Assembly (NCBI GenBank): GCA_024276115.1
Contig: JAJRXV010000276.1
Span: forward strand, 1 to 45,435
Direction of reading: 5' to 3'
DNA: 45,435 nt
Source of the DNA: Deltaproteobacteria bacterium
GTDB taxonomy: Bacteria; Desulfobacterota; JAJRXV01
The translations under genes were made by a program, and so were the position numbers. Numbering within the stretch: the stretch's first letter is position 1; each line of letters starts with the position of its first letter. Shown here piece after piece: positions 9,698 through 20,202 of the stretch. The notes below the pieces were generated by a model. The model did not search any database. It saw only the letters and a list, made by a program, of their open reading frames with translations, and was not told where the DNA came from.

Positions 9698-10375
9698 CTA
9701 ATAATTTGGACCTTTAATAAATGGGAAGACCTTCTTCAACTTCTCTTGAATTGCTTTGTACTTCTTGGTGTAAAGAGCTTTGTCCGCGGGCTCCCCTCCC
9801 AAACCGGCTACTTTTGATGGTTTACCCATTGTCCCTGGGATTTCGCTCAAATGCTTGAGTATCGTCGAGTTAATATTTGTCTTGTGCTTCGCGTCGTACT
9901 TCTTGACATTGCCTTCAAATATCTCCACATAATACTCGTGATTAAGAGTTAACCTGCTTTTCGCGAATCTATAATTCTCAAAATTTTCGTTTAATGTTAT
10001 TTCGTACTTCTCCATCATTGACAAAAAAACAAGGTTTACAGTAGTCGCTATCAGTTTACCGAGATCCTTAGAGTCAAGGTGAGCGTTAAAGTCTGAGTAG
10101 AGGTCGGTATGTGAAAAGCGGTCAAGGTTTTTTATCGGTTGCATAACGTTATCATCCTCGACGATATTCCTTAACCTCTTCCAGTTATTTTCAAAATCTG
10201 TAATACCCTTCTTTTTCTTTTTCTTCATTATCTTCGCTTCAGTTATAATGCTGTGAAACATTGAGATAAGCGGGTCTTGCTTTTCGGTATAGCCGTAAGA
10301 AAAAGCATCTGCCGCAAAAGAAAAAATAATCAAAATAGAAAAAAACAAGTTAAAAATCAATGTCCGTGAGTTCAT
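9698..10375 (-). CDS. Exported helical protein with a Lys6 tract, probably co-transcribed with the MCP
   Basis: AAGGAGG RBS; signal peptide ending ADAFS; 27-bp gap to the MCP start. Confidence 0.8.
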   Translation of the reverse strand: MNSRTLIFNLFFSILIIFSFAADAFSYGYTEKQDPLISMFHSIITEAKIMKKKKKKGITDFENNWKRLRNIVEDDNVMQPIKNLDRFSHTDLYSDFNAHLDSKDLGKLIATTVNLVFLSMMEKYEITLNENFENYRFAKSRLTLNHEYYVEIFEGNVKKYDAKHKTNINSTILKHLSEIPGTMGKPSKVAGLGGEPADKALYTKKYKAIQEKLKKVFPFIKGPNY

Positions 10376-10591
10376 TTGTCCTACCCCTCCTTAAAAAAAC
10401 AAAACTCAAAACTATTTCATCATTTTACAACATTTCTGTCGGTTGTCAACCAAAAAAAGAGTAAAATAGTTATAATTATTTATGTTTTAGGACGATGGTG
10501 ATTGTTGACCTATTCACAAAATGGAAATCCTGATATATTGAGCAGGCTTGATTTATGCCCGCAATACTTGAGACTTTGCTACAAATAATGA

Positions 10592-10678
10592 TGGTGCCGA
10601 AGAGGGGAGTTGAACCCCTACAAGATTGCTCTCACTGGACCCTGAACCCAGCGCGTCTACCAATTCCGCCACTTCGGC
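10592..10678 (-). tRNA. tRNA-Leu (anticodon CAG)
   Basis: 87 nt GCCGAAGTGGCGGAATTGGTAGACGCGCTGGGTT-CAG-GGTCCAG...GGTTCAACTCCCCTCTTCGGCACCA; long variable arm; encoded CCA. Confidence 0.97.
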
Positions 10679-10785
10679 ACATACAAACTACAAACTACTA
10701 TATAGTGATTATAAAAGAATTTGTCAAGAAGATTTAAGAAGAGTATGAAGTTCATTTCCGCCGCGTTTTCCGATTTTCCGACTTC

Positions 10786-11142
10786 TTATGCTAACTTCAC
10801 CTTGTTCACCGCCTTCAACAGGTTAAAGCAGATCGCCTTGAACAATCTAAATTGAACCTGAACTCGGCTGCCACCTTTTTTAGCCCGATGTACGTCGCGC
10901 GGCCTGCTTTGAAGCGTCTTTTCAGCGTCCCGAACGCCTGTTCCACTTTGAAGCGCACCTTCGAAATCAGCTTGTTTCTCTGCTTTTTCCGCTTCGTCAG
11001 CGGCTTTCCCCGCACCGCTTTGCTCAAAATTCCATCTTTTATCCCACGCGATTTCAGGCTCTCGCGATTTTTCTTTGACGCGTAGCCCTTGTCTGTGTAA
11101 ACCCGCTCTGGATTTGTGTTTCCCAGCGCATTCTCAAGGTTT
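10786..11142 (-). mobile_element. IS5-family transposase C-terminal remnant, frameshifted
   Basis: VYTDKGYASKKNR...RNKLISKVRFKVEQAFGTLKRRF...YIGL, then AICFNLLKAVN* in another frame; N-terminus absent. Confidence 0.85.
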
Positions 11143-11299
11143 TACTGTATGCCAAAAGTCGCCTCCAACGTGTTTAAGCTTTTACGAAAAAACATATATA
11201 TCGAACATTTACAAGCTTTATTGTGATAAAAGAAACGGTTTTTTTTAACATTTCCCCCGGTGCTGGCTATAAAATAATCAAGATCATAGCACGGTAGTA

Positions 11300-11370
11300 A
11301 TAAGTTGTGGGCGGGATGCGACACAGTCTGAGGGGGACCCCCCCCCTAAATTGCATTGGGCAACATGCCC
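11300..11370 (+). mobile_element. Degenerate MITE (family A), right end only
   Basis: AGGGGGACCCCCCCCCTAAATTGCATTGGGCAACATGCCC matches the right end of 43192..43321. Left end not recognised, so the start is approximate. Confidence 0.6.
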
Positions 11371-11417
11371 ATCATAAGCGATAATTTCTGAGGTTTTCCG
11401 TCTGAGCGTTTGCCACC

Positions 11418-11446
11418 TTGACATAACAGGATTACTGGCTTATACT
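11418..11446 (+). promoter_or_regulatory. sigma70-type promoter of the trehalose operon
   Basis: TTGACA-N17-TATACT. Confidence 0.75.
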
Positions 11447-11494
11447 TATTATTATTATTGTAGATTGAACTAATCATGAGAGGTGACGAGACGT

Positions 11495-12196
11495 ATGACG
11501 GCAAACGGTGAAAATGTTAAAAAAAAGCAGGTACCATTCGCGATAAAAGACTGCGCGCTCGCGGCGATAGCGGTGGGGCACCGGGCGCAGAATCTGCGAG
11601 AATTGCGTGACCACCTGATTCGGGTGCATTCGAGTTGCATCTACTATCACTTCTGGGGCGGGTTGTTGCGCCCGGGTTTTGATGACCCTGAGTACAACAA
11701 CGATTTCGCGAGTTGGGCTTATCACGGTCTTCACGACACACGCCTTGCCGAACAGCTTGGTGTGATCGATCCGACAGAGTTTAACGACCTTGAGGCGCTT
11801 AGGCAGGAGCTCGTGGATGTAGTTGAGGAGCGGCTCGACGAAAGCGAGATGGTGCCGTGGGCTCGGGCGGATCAGCAGTTTCACTTCATCCGTTCTAATA
11901 TCGTCGTGTTTGACACTCATAATCGTATCGAAACACCACCTGAACTTACAGCCGCGGTGCGGGACATGTCTGTCGGTAGTATTTTTTATCACTTTATCGA
12001 CGCGCGCCGCAGGACAAAAGACTCTGTTGATGATTTTGAGGCGTGGCTGACAGGGTTCGGCAACGAATACGAAAAACTCGCTGATCGTATCGCGAATATT
12101 GATCCATATTTTATTACGCTGGCTGAACTAAGGCAACAGCTTGTTACATTGCTTCGTCATTATTTTGACAGCAAAGCTAAAGGAGCCAAAAAATAA
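11495..12196 (+). CDS. DUF5752-family protein (TreT-associated)
   Basis: Internal duplication YYHF...R...NDFASW / FYHF...R...DDFEAW; IDPYFITLAELR; GAGGTGA RBS; overlaps the treT start. Confidence 0.85.
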   Translation: MTANGENVKKKQVPFAIKDCALAAIAVGHRAQNLRELRDHLIRVHSSCIYYHFWGGLLRPGFDDPEYNNDFASWAYHGLHDTRLAEQLGVIDPTEFNDLEALRQELVDVVEERLDESEMVPWARADQQFHFIRSNIVVFDTHNRIETPPELTAAVRDMSVGSIFYHFIDARRRTKDSVDDFEAWLTGFGNEYEKLADRIANIDPYFITLAELRQQLVTLLRHYFDSKAKGAKK

Positions 12197-13434
12197 TGTC
12201 ACTGCTAGATGATTACGCAAAAATTACTGGTGAGGCGGTTATCGGTCACCTAAAGCAGTTGGCCGCGCCGCTGAAAGGGATGAAGATCGTTCACGTTAAC
12301 TCCACGCGTGTTGGTGGTGGGGTCGCGGAAATCCTCACAAAGCTTATACCGCTTCAGCGGGAGCTTGGTATCGATTCGAGTTGGGAGATCATAACCGGTG
12401 AGGCTGACTTCTACCAGTGTACAAAGCGTTTCCACAATGCGCTCCAAGGCAGTCAGGTGAGTCTGCCGGACTCTCTGCTCAAGGTGTATGAGGATACAAA
12501 CGCGAAGTGCGCCGAGGAGTTGCGGAGCAAGCTTGAGGAAGCCGATTTCGTTTTTATTCATGACCCTCAGCCGGCGGCAATCCTAAAAAACTGCCCGAAC
12601 CGTAAGGGGAAGTGGGTGTGGCGCTGTCACATAGACGGTAGCCATCCTTACCGACCGGTGTGGAAGTATCTCAAGAATTACGTAGTTGACTATGACGCGA
12701 GTATTTTTTCGCTGGCGGTGTTTTCGCAGGTGTTACCGCACCCGCAGTTTCTTATACCACCGAGTATAGATCCACTGACCGAAAAGAACATACACCTGAG
12801 CAAAAAAGAGGTAAAAAAAGTATATTCACGCTTTAATATAGATCCGCACAAGCCATTCATCTTGCAGGTGTCACGTTTTGACAAGTTTAAAGACCCTGTC
12901 GGTGTCATAAGGGCGTACCGGTTTACGAAAAAATTCATCCCTGATATTCAGCTCGCGCTTGCCGGCGGAAGCGCTTCTGACGATCCTGAGGGCGAGATCA
13001 TGCTCAACGAGGTGCGTAACGCTGCCGCGGATGATCCTAATATACATGTCCTTTTGTTGCCACCAGACGCGCACCGCACTATCAACGCTCTTCAGCGTGC
13101 GTCAGACATAGTTTTGCAGAAGTCTATCAGGGAGGGGTTTGGTCTTACTGTGACCGAAGCGATGTGGAAGGGCAAAGCTGTCATCGGTGGCGATACCGGA
13201 GGCATCCGTCTACAGGTGATAAATCACCACACCGGTTTTCTGGTGAGTACGCCTGAGGGAGCCGCGCTTAGAATACGGTATCTGCTTCATCACCGGGACA
13301 AACTATTTGAGATGGGGCAAAAGGCGAAGGAATTTGTGCGTGAAAACTTTTTGATAACGAGACTTCTTCGTGGGCATTTGACATTGTTAGTAGGGTTGTT
13401 GCATGGCACAGAAGATAGAATAGAGTTAAATTGA
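12196..13434 (+). CDS. treT: Trehalose glycosyltransferring synthase (GT4)
   Basis: HVNSTRVGGGVAEIL, IHDPQP, WRCHID, QVSRFDKFKDP, QKSIREGFGLTVTEAMWKG. Confidence 0.92.
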   Translation: MSLLDDYAKITGEAVIGHLKQLAAPLKGMKIVHVNSTRVGGGVAEILTKLIPLQRELGIDSSWEIITGEADFYQCTKRFHNALQGSQVSLPDSLLKVYEDTNAKCAEELRSKLEEADFVFIHDPQPAAILKNCPNRKGKWVWRCHIDGSHPYRPVWKYLKNYVVDYDASIFSLAVFSQVLPHPQFLIPPSIDPLTEKNIHLSKKEVKKVYSRFNIDPHKPFILQVSRFDKFKDPVGVIRAYRFTKKFIPDIQLALAGGSASDDPEGEIMLNEVRNAAADDPNIHVLLLPPDAHRTINALQRASDIVLQKSIREGFGLTVTEAMWKGKAVIGGDTGGIRLQVINHHTGFLVSTPEGAALRIRYLLHHRDKLFEMGQKAKEFVRENFLITRLLRGHLTLLVGLLHGTEDRIELN

Positions 13435-14216
13435 GAGTTTTGAATTCAAATATTGACATGTCTGTTTTTTTTTCTAAACTTGGCAAATCAAAAAAAACTG
13501 TTTTACTTATAGATTACGATGGTACTCTTGCGCCTTTTTGTGTCGAGCGCGATAAAGCTGTGCCTTATGACGGTGTGCGTGAGCGGTTGGATGCGATTAT
13601 CGCTACTGGTCGCATGCGCGTTGTCGTTATATCTGGGCGCTGGACTCGTGAGCTGATACCGCTTCTCGGGCTCAAGACACTACCTGAAATATGGGGATGT
13701 CACGGTTCTGAACGTCTCATGCCTGATGGAACCTACTATGCGGTGGAGTTGAGCGCCGAGGCAACGAGGATTTTTGCTGAATCTGACAAGTGGTTAGCTG
13801 ACGAAGGGCTTGAAGAGTTCAGCGAGAAGAAACCAAGTAGCAGAGCGCTTCACCTGCGTGGGGTAGAAGAAGACATCGCGAAAAAAATTAAAACGAAAGT
13901 AATTAAAGCGTGGGGCGGTATCGCGCGCATGAGTGAGCTTGACCTGCATGAGTTTGATGGTGGTATTGAGCTGCGGGTACCGGGCAAAAACAAAGGCGAC
14001 GCGGTGAACACTATCATGAGCGAAGCGGGTGAAGAGGCTGTAGTCGCGTACCTCGGTGATGACCTGACTGACGAGGACGCTTTTGAGGCGCTGAAGGGTC
14101 GGGGGCTTAGAGTGCTGGTGCGGTGGGAGTTCAGGTCGACCGCGGCTGATATATGGATTACGCCGCCGGGTGAATTGCTGGAATTTTTGGATAAATGGAG
14201 GAATGCCTGTGGGTGA
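13431..14216 (+). CDS. otsB: Trehalose-6-phosphate phosphatase
   Basis: HAD motifs DYDGTLAP, ISGR, NKG, YLGDDLTDEDAF. Confidence 0.92.
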   Translation: MRVLNSNIDMSVFFSKLGKSKKTVLLIDYDGTLAPFCVERDKAVPYDGVRERLDAIIATGRMRVVVISGRWTRELIPLLGLKTLPEIWGCHGSERLMPDGTYYAVELSAEATRIFAESDKWLADEGLEEFSEKKPSSRALHLRGVEEDIAKKIKTKVIKAWGGIARMSELDLHEFDGGIELRVPGKNKGDAVNTIMSEAGEEAVVAYLGDDLTDEDAFEALKGRGLRVLVRWEFRSTAADIWITPPGELLEFLDKWRNACG

Positions 14217-15300
14217 GATAATAAAATATTTTGATAAGATTATTTTTGGGAATCCGCTGAGGCTTTGGGTTTTGGCGATAGGAATTACGCTAATATCACT
14301 GTTTCTGCTGAGAGGGCTAAAAAAAGTTGTCGCTCACAGTCTATCTGAGTTGGCAAAAAAAACAAAGACTAACCTCGATGATCTCGCCGCGAGTCTGCTT
14401 AACAAAACGAAGCCATTTTTTCTGCTATGTTTGTCGTTCTACTTAGGTACGCTTGTCTTGACTTTACCGGTGGGGGCGTTCGCGCTGGTCACTACTGTCG
14501 CGATAATCGCTTTTATCATCCAGGCCGCTATCTGGGGTAGCGCTACAGTGAGCCTATGGACAAAAGGATACCTAAGTCTGAAAGCTGAGCCGGGGGTGAG
14601 CAACAAAGCGACTATAAACGCGATAAGTTTTATTGTGAAGACCGCTATCTGGGTTGTGACATTCCTGCTTCTACTCGACAACCTTGGTATCGATGTCACG
14701 GCGCTTATCGCCGGGCTTGGCGTTGGTGGTATAGCTGTAGCGCTCGCGGTGCAAAATGTTCTGGGTGATCTCCTCGCGTCACTGTCGATAGTACTCGACA
14801 AGCCATTCGCTATTGGTGATTTTATAATCGTTGGTGATTATCTCGGCTCGGTGGAGCATATAGGTCTAAAGACGACACGTTTGCGCAGTCTCTCTGGCGA
14901 GCAGATAGTCTTCTCGAACAATGATCTCTTAAACAGCCGTATCAGAAACTATAAACGGATGTATGAGCGCAGGATAGTGTTTTCTTTTGGGGTGGTGTAT
15001 GAAACACCGGTCGAAAAGGTGGCGGCGATACCAAATATGGTGAAAAAAATAATCGAGGGGCAGGCAGACGCGCGTTTTGACAGGGCTCACTTTAATAAAT
15101 ACGGGGATTTTTCGCTTGATTATGAAGTTGTTTATTACGTGAAAAAACCAGACTATAATGTGTATATGGATGTTCAGCAGTGCATCAATCTTGATATGAT
15201 GCGGCAGTTTAAGGCTGAGGGGGTAGAGTTTGCTTACCCGACGCAAACACTTTTTATTAACAAGGGATCAACGGCGCAAGAACCGGCTGTTCATATATAA
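14209..15300 (+). CDS. mscS: Small-conductance mechanosensitive channel
   Basis: LGVGGIAVALAVQNVLGD..KPFAIGDFI, IGLKTTRLR, FAYPTQTL; GGAGG 7 nt before GTG. Confidence 0.93.
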   Translation: MGEIIKYFDKIIFGNPLRLWVLAIGITLISLFLLRGLKKVVAHSLSELAKKTKTNLDDLAASLLNKTKPFFLLCLSFYLGTLVLTLPVGAFALVTTVAIIAFIIQAAIWGSATVSLWTKGYLSLKAEPGVSNKATINAISFIVKTAIWVVTFLLLLDNLGIDVTALIAGLGVGGIAVALAVQNVLGDLLASLSIVLDKPFAIGDFIIVGDYLGSVEHIGLKTTRLRSLSGEQIVFSNNDLLNSRIRNYKRMYERRIVFSFGVVYETPVEKVAAIPNMVKKIIEGQADARFDRAHFNKYGDFSLDYEVVYYVKKPDYNVYMDVQQCINLDMMRQFKAEGVEFAYPTQTLFINKGSTAQEPAVHI

Positions 15301-15319
15301 CTATCAGAGGGTGACTTGA

Positions 15320-16843
15320 GTGATAGCAGAAGAACAAACAAAAAATCATCGCTTGGTTATCGTGTCAAACCGATTGCCGATCGTTTTGAAGAAACAAAAA
15401 AATGACTGGACGCTCGCTCAAGGTTCTGGCGGGCTTGTCACCGCGCTTGCGCCAGTGCTAAAAAACCGTGGCGGTTTGTGGATCGGTTGGCCTGGAGCGA
15501 CTGAAGCTGTTCCGGGGCTTAGCGATATGCTTAATAGCGTTTCAGATACCTTGGGCTATACCTTTGGGGCTGTGAACCTTACTGAAGCAGAGCTCAAGAA
15601 ATTTTATTATGGCTTTTCCAATGAGATAATCTGGCCACTCTTTCATGACCTCCAGACGCGGTGTAATTTTGACGTTGAATATTGGAAGAGTTACCTCGAT
15701 GTCAACTCAAAATACGCCAACGTAATAGCCAACTGCGTAAAGCCAGACGATTACATCTGGGTTCATGACTATCATTTGATGAGCGTCGGTAAGGAGCTGA
15801 GAAAGCTGAAAATCAACAGCAAGATGGGATTCTTTCTTCATATCCCGTTCCCGGCGCTTGATATTTTTGTAAAATTGCCGTGGCGTTTTGAGATTCTGAA
15901 AGCTCTACTTGAGTATGACCTGATCGGTTTTCAGACTCTGCGTGACAGGCGTAATTTTGTCCAATGTGTCCGTACTCTTATAAAAGACGTTAATATCCAT
16001 GGTAAAGGGCAGGTACTCAACTGCCGTGTCAATGACAGGGAGTCTCGGATAGGTGCGTTCCCGATCAGTATAGATTACAATGAGTTCGCAAGACAGGCTG
16101 GCGCGACCGCGGTTTCTGAAAAGGCGTGGTACATTCATGAGGACTTGCCGAGGCGGCATCTTATCTTAGGGGTTGACCGGCTTGACTACACAAAAGGAAT
16201 ACCAAACAAACTTGAAGCGTTCAGGACGGCGCTGATACGCTATCCAGAGCTATGCGGCAAGGTCACTCTCATACAAATAGTCGTACCGAGTAGAGAGGAT
16301 ATCCCGGAGTACTATGAGCTGAAGGAGGAGATAGACCGGCTCGTCGGTGAAATTAACGGGAAGTTCACACAGTCTGGGTGGGTTCCTATCCATTATATTT
16401 TCCGTAGCGTCAGTCGTGTAGAGTTGCTCGCTTATTACCGCACCTGTGAGACCGCGTTGGTAACTCCACTCAAGGACGGTATGAACCTTGTGGCAAAAGA
16501 GTTTTGCGCGGCAAGCGTTGATGAAAGCGGCGTGCTTATCCTAAGTGAGTTTGCCGGTGTTGCCACACAACTGCAAAAGAACGCACTACTGGTAAACCCT
16601 TATGATATCGAGGGAGTAGCAGAGACAATATATAAAGCCATTACGATGGATAAGGGAGAGCAACGAACCCGGATGCGTAAGATGCGTCGCTCGGTGAGGG
16701 AAAACAATATTTTCCGCTGGGTCGATTCATTTCTCAGGACGAGTATCGAGCAGGACCTAAACTCATTTCCTTTAGTAGCTGATTATATTCCACAAATTAA
16801 GACAGACGAAGATATCGCAATACCATTTAATACACTTTTGTAA
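15320..16843 (+). CDS. otsA: Trehalose-6-phosphate synthase
   Basis: [55 protein letters not shown]. Confidence 0.95.
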   Translation: MIAEEQTKNHRLVIVSNRLPIVLKKQKNDWTLAQGSGGLVTALAPVLKNRGGLWIGWPGATEAVPGLSDMLNSVSDTLGYTFGAVNLTEAELKKFYYGFSNEIIWPLFHDLQTRCNFDVEYWKSYLDVNSKYANVIANCVKPDDYIWVHDYHLMSVGKELRKLKINSKMGFFLHIPFPALDIFVKLPWRFEILKALLEYDLIGFQTLRDRRNFVQCVRTLIKDVNIHGKGQVLNCRVNDRESRIGAFPISIDYNEFARQAGATAVSEKAWYIHEDLPRRHLILGVDRLDYTKGIPNKLEAFRTALIRYPELCGKVTLIQIVVPSREDIPEYYELKEEIDRLVGEINGKFTQSGWVPIHYIFRSVSRVELLAYYRTCETALVTPLKDGMNLVAKEFCAASVDESGVLILSEFAGVATQLQKNALLVNPYDIEGVAETIYKAITMDKGEQRTRMRKMRRSVRENNIFRWVDSFLRTSIEQDLNSFPLVADYIPQIKTDEDIAIPFNTLL

Positions 16844-17057
16844 ATATTTTATGCCAGTTCTACGGGGCTCCCCCCCCCACGTCACCTTTATGGGTAGTGC
16901 CCTAAACCCACGTTAGGTCATCCTTTCTTGTTAATTTTTTTTTTCAATTTTTCATTATTTTCCCACTTGACTTTATGTATATGTACGTTAATATTTTAAT
17001 GAAGATGTTAGCTAAGTAGTTTTGTAAATTAAAAATTGGGGTGGATTATAATATCAG

Positions 17058-19577
17058 ATGAATAATTTTCTAGCTAATGAACAAGAAGAAATTATAGAGG
17101 AGTTCGTTCAGGAAACTCAGGACATGATCGAGCAGCTTGAACCAACTATTATTGAGCTTGGGCAGAGTTGTAGACCCGTAAACTGTTGGAAGATAACAGA
17201 ATGCGGCAATTTACCATGCCCGAGGTATGAAAAACAATATGATTTCCCATGCTGGTTGCATTGTGGTTATATTGAAAGCGTGAATATGTCCTGCCCTGCC
17301 ACCTCATCGAAGCAGGGTTGCATAGAATGTGATGTTTTCCAACTCACTAATGGGAATAACGCCACTATCAACGCTATCTTCCGTCTTTTTCACTCTATGA
17401 AAGGTAGCGCGGGATTTCTGGATATGAAAAACATATCAAGTGTCGCGCATTCCGCTGAAAATCTGCTTGACCTAATACGATCCGGTTCTATTAAAATGGA
17501 TTCGTCACACGTTGATATTCTATGTGATGCTTGTGATTTTTCGAAAGCCGCGCTTGAGTACCTGGTGGATAATATGGATGATGTCGGGATGCTTGACAGT
17601 GCGGCAGATGTTTCAGAAAAACTAAAGGTAGCCATTGTTGATGCGAAACGTAGATTAAGTGATTCCAGGGAGATTGCGCTTGCTGGAGGGGAAGCTAAGC
17701 CTGATAGCCCTCAAGATGTAAGCGCCACATCTCTTGAAGAACCAGATAATGTCACAGAGGAAGAGCCATTTACGATAACTACTGAGATGGTCGAGCAGTT
17801 TGTCGCTGAAACAGAGGAACTGTTACTTTCATTCGAGCAGGGATTGTTGAAATGGCTAAACGATCTTGATAATACAGATGTTGTTGCCGAGCTTTTCAGG
17901 AATATACATAGCTTCAAAGGAGACTGCGGTTTCTTTGGGTTCGAGTGCATTGAAAAGTTGACGCATGATATGGAGACAACGCTCGATGCTGTAAAAGCTG
18001 ATGTCAATATAGACAAACACAAGACAGCGAAAGTATTGCTGGAGTTTTGTGATGTTTTGAAGTCCGCGGTAAGTAATGTCGCTGATGGTGGAGATGGCGA
18101 TATAAACAACTTGCACCTGTACCTGGATGTTCTTGAAAGTCTTTTACCAAAAGGTTGGCTTGATGGGCAAGGAAATAATGAGGAAAAAGTGCCGGTTAGG
18201 CTTGGCGATATACTCGTGGAGCAGGGTGTCGTAGCGCCTGAGGATATTGAGGCCGCTCTTGAGGAACAGAGAAAGCCTATAGGGCAGATATTAATTGATA
18301 AGGGGGTTGTGACAGAGCCGCAAATATCAAAGGCGCTTAGGAAACAGGATGATATAAGACCGAAACCAGAAATGAAACCTAAAAGTGTAGCTCCAAAGAG
18401 TGTTAAGAAAGTAGCCAAACAACAGGATATAAGGGTAAGCCTGAACAAGCTTGACAGCCTCATAAACCTGATTGGTGAGTTGGTAATAGCCGAGAACGTG
18501 GTTGTGAACAATCCAGATTTAACCGGTCTTGAGCTTGAAAACTTCAACAAAGCCTCACAACAGATGGATAAGATAATCAGAGATTTGCAGGAGGTGTCGA
18601 TGGTGATCAGGATGGTGCCGGTTGCCGGGCTCTTCAGGAGGATGATACGCCTTGTTCATGATTTGAGCTCAAAAGCGGGTAAAAAGGTAGATTTTAAACT
18701 CATCGGTGAGGAGACAGAGGTAGATAAGACAGTAATTGAAATCATTACAGATCCTCTGGTGCATTTGATTCGCAATTCTCTTGACCATGGACTGGAGCAA
18801 CCTGATGAAAGAATCGCTACCGGTAAAACAGCTACCGGGCATGTCACGTTGACTGCCAGCCACGAAGAAGGTGAAGTATGGATTATAATCGAAGATGACG
18901 GCAGAGGTTTAAACCGTGAAAAAATAATTGAAAAAGCTATAACAAAAGGGCTTATAAATGGTGATGGCGTTGGGATGAGTGACAAAGAAATTTTCGCGCT
19001 TGTATTCCATGCTGGCTTCTCCACCGCTGAAAAAATAACTGATGTCTCAGGGCGTGGCGTCGGGATGGATGTTGTCAATCAGAACCTGCAAAAAATTAAC
19101 GGTAGAATCGAGATCCAGAGCAAGGCTGGGCACGGTACAAAGGTGACTTTGCGCATACCGCTTACATTGGCGATAATCTAGGGGATGTTGCTGCGTGTTG
19201 GTGACACAAAATGTATCATGCCTATTCTCTCGATCCAAGAGACGTTCCGCCCCACACCAGACGCTATTATTGTTTCGCCCGATGGTCATGAGGTTGTTCG
19301 GGTACGTGAGAGTTTCTTTCCTATTCTACGCTTGCATGAAGTTTTGAAAAAAGAGCCCGACGCCAAGAGATTTGAGGATGGGATACTTGTTCTTGTCGAG
19401 TCGCATGATAAGCATTTCTGCTTATTTGTGGATGAACTGTTAGGAAAACAGCAGACGGTGATAAAAGGACTCTCAAAATATATTGGTAACGTAAAAGGAG
19501 TTTCTGGGTGTACAATACTTGGAACAGGTGAGGTAAGCCTTATACTTGACGCGACTAGCTTAATCGAGATTGTGTAA
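17058..19577 (+). pseudogene. cheA: Chemotaxis kinase CheA (2x Hpt, Cys-rich insert, MshEN-like repeats) interrupted by in-frame TAG at 19179-19181
   Basis: FHSMKG and IHSFKG Hpt motifs; DPLVHLIRNSLDHG; DDGRGL; GFST..SGRGVGMDVV; PLTLAII*GMLLRVG continues in frame into the P5 domain (ORF 19185..19577). Could be intact if the stop is a base-call error. Confidence 0.88.
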
Positions 19578-19643
19578 TCCGGTTATGCCTTGATGGCACT
19601 AGATGTTTGAATATTCCATTTATAAAATAAGGAGGGCGAAGAA

Positions 19644-20165
19644 ATGACAAAAGTAGAAGATGTTAACAATGACCTTTACGATGAGGATGATGAAGACGCT
19701 CAGAAGGATAAGTATCTTACATTTCACCTTGCGAAAGAGGATTATGGTGTGGAGATACGGCATGTTACCGAGATCATAGGTATCCAGAGGATTACCGAGG
19801 TACCCGACATGTCTGATTTTGTGCGGGGAGTCATCAACCTGCGGGGTAAGATCATACCGGTTATAGATGTTCGGACTAGGTTTAAGTTGCCACCCCGGGA
19901 ATATGATGACCGCACATGTATCATTGTTGTTAATATCAATGATATGGCTGTCGGACTGGTTGTTGACGAAGTGAGCGAGGTGGCGAATATCCCTGAGGAT
20001 CAGGTCGAACCACCACCGCGGACCGGCAAAGGTACAAATGGCAGGTTCATTCAGGGGATGGGGAAGATAGGTGAAGAAGTCAAGATACTCCTTGATGTGA
20101 GTAAACTTCTTCATGATGAAGAACTTGACGCTATAAAAGACACAGCTACTGATACGGCGGCATAA
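19644..20165 (+). CDS. cheW: Chemotaxis scaffold CheW
   Basis: KYLTFHL..YGVEI, GVINLRGKIIPVIDVR, GLVVDEVSEV. Confidence 0.95.
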   Translation: MTKVEDVNNDLYDEDDEDAQKDKYLTFHLAKEDYGVEIRHVTEIIGIQRITEVPDMSDFVRGVINLRGKIIPVIDVRTRFKLPPREYDDRTCIIVVNINDMAVGLVVDEVSEVANIPEDQVEPPPRTGKGTNGRFIQGMGKIGEEVKILLDVSKLLHDEELDAIKDTATDTAA

Positions 20166-20202
20166 TCAGTATATGTTATTAACCCGGCAAGCTTTCACGC
20201 CA

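Noticed and set aside
10592-10640. tRNA-Leu as the att site of an integrated island
   Set aside because: No duplicate of the tRNA 3' end and no integrase seen in the window.
16864-16905. GGGG..C-run..TGGGTAGTGCCC as a fourth family-A MITE end
   Set aside because: Too diverged and no left end found; may be a terminator-like hairpin after otsA.
19179-19181. Stop-codon reassignment or pyrrolysine decoding
   Set aside because: TAG ends several normal genes here (6943, 23082, 35778, 36609), no pyl genes are in view, and the other internal stop is TAA.
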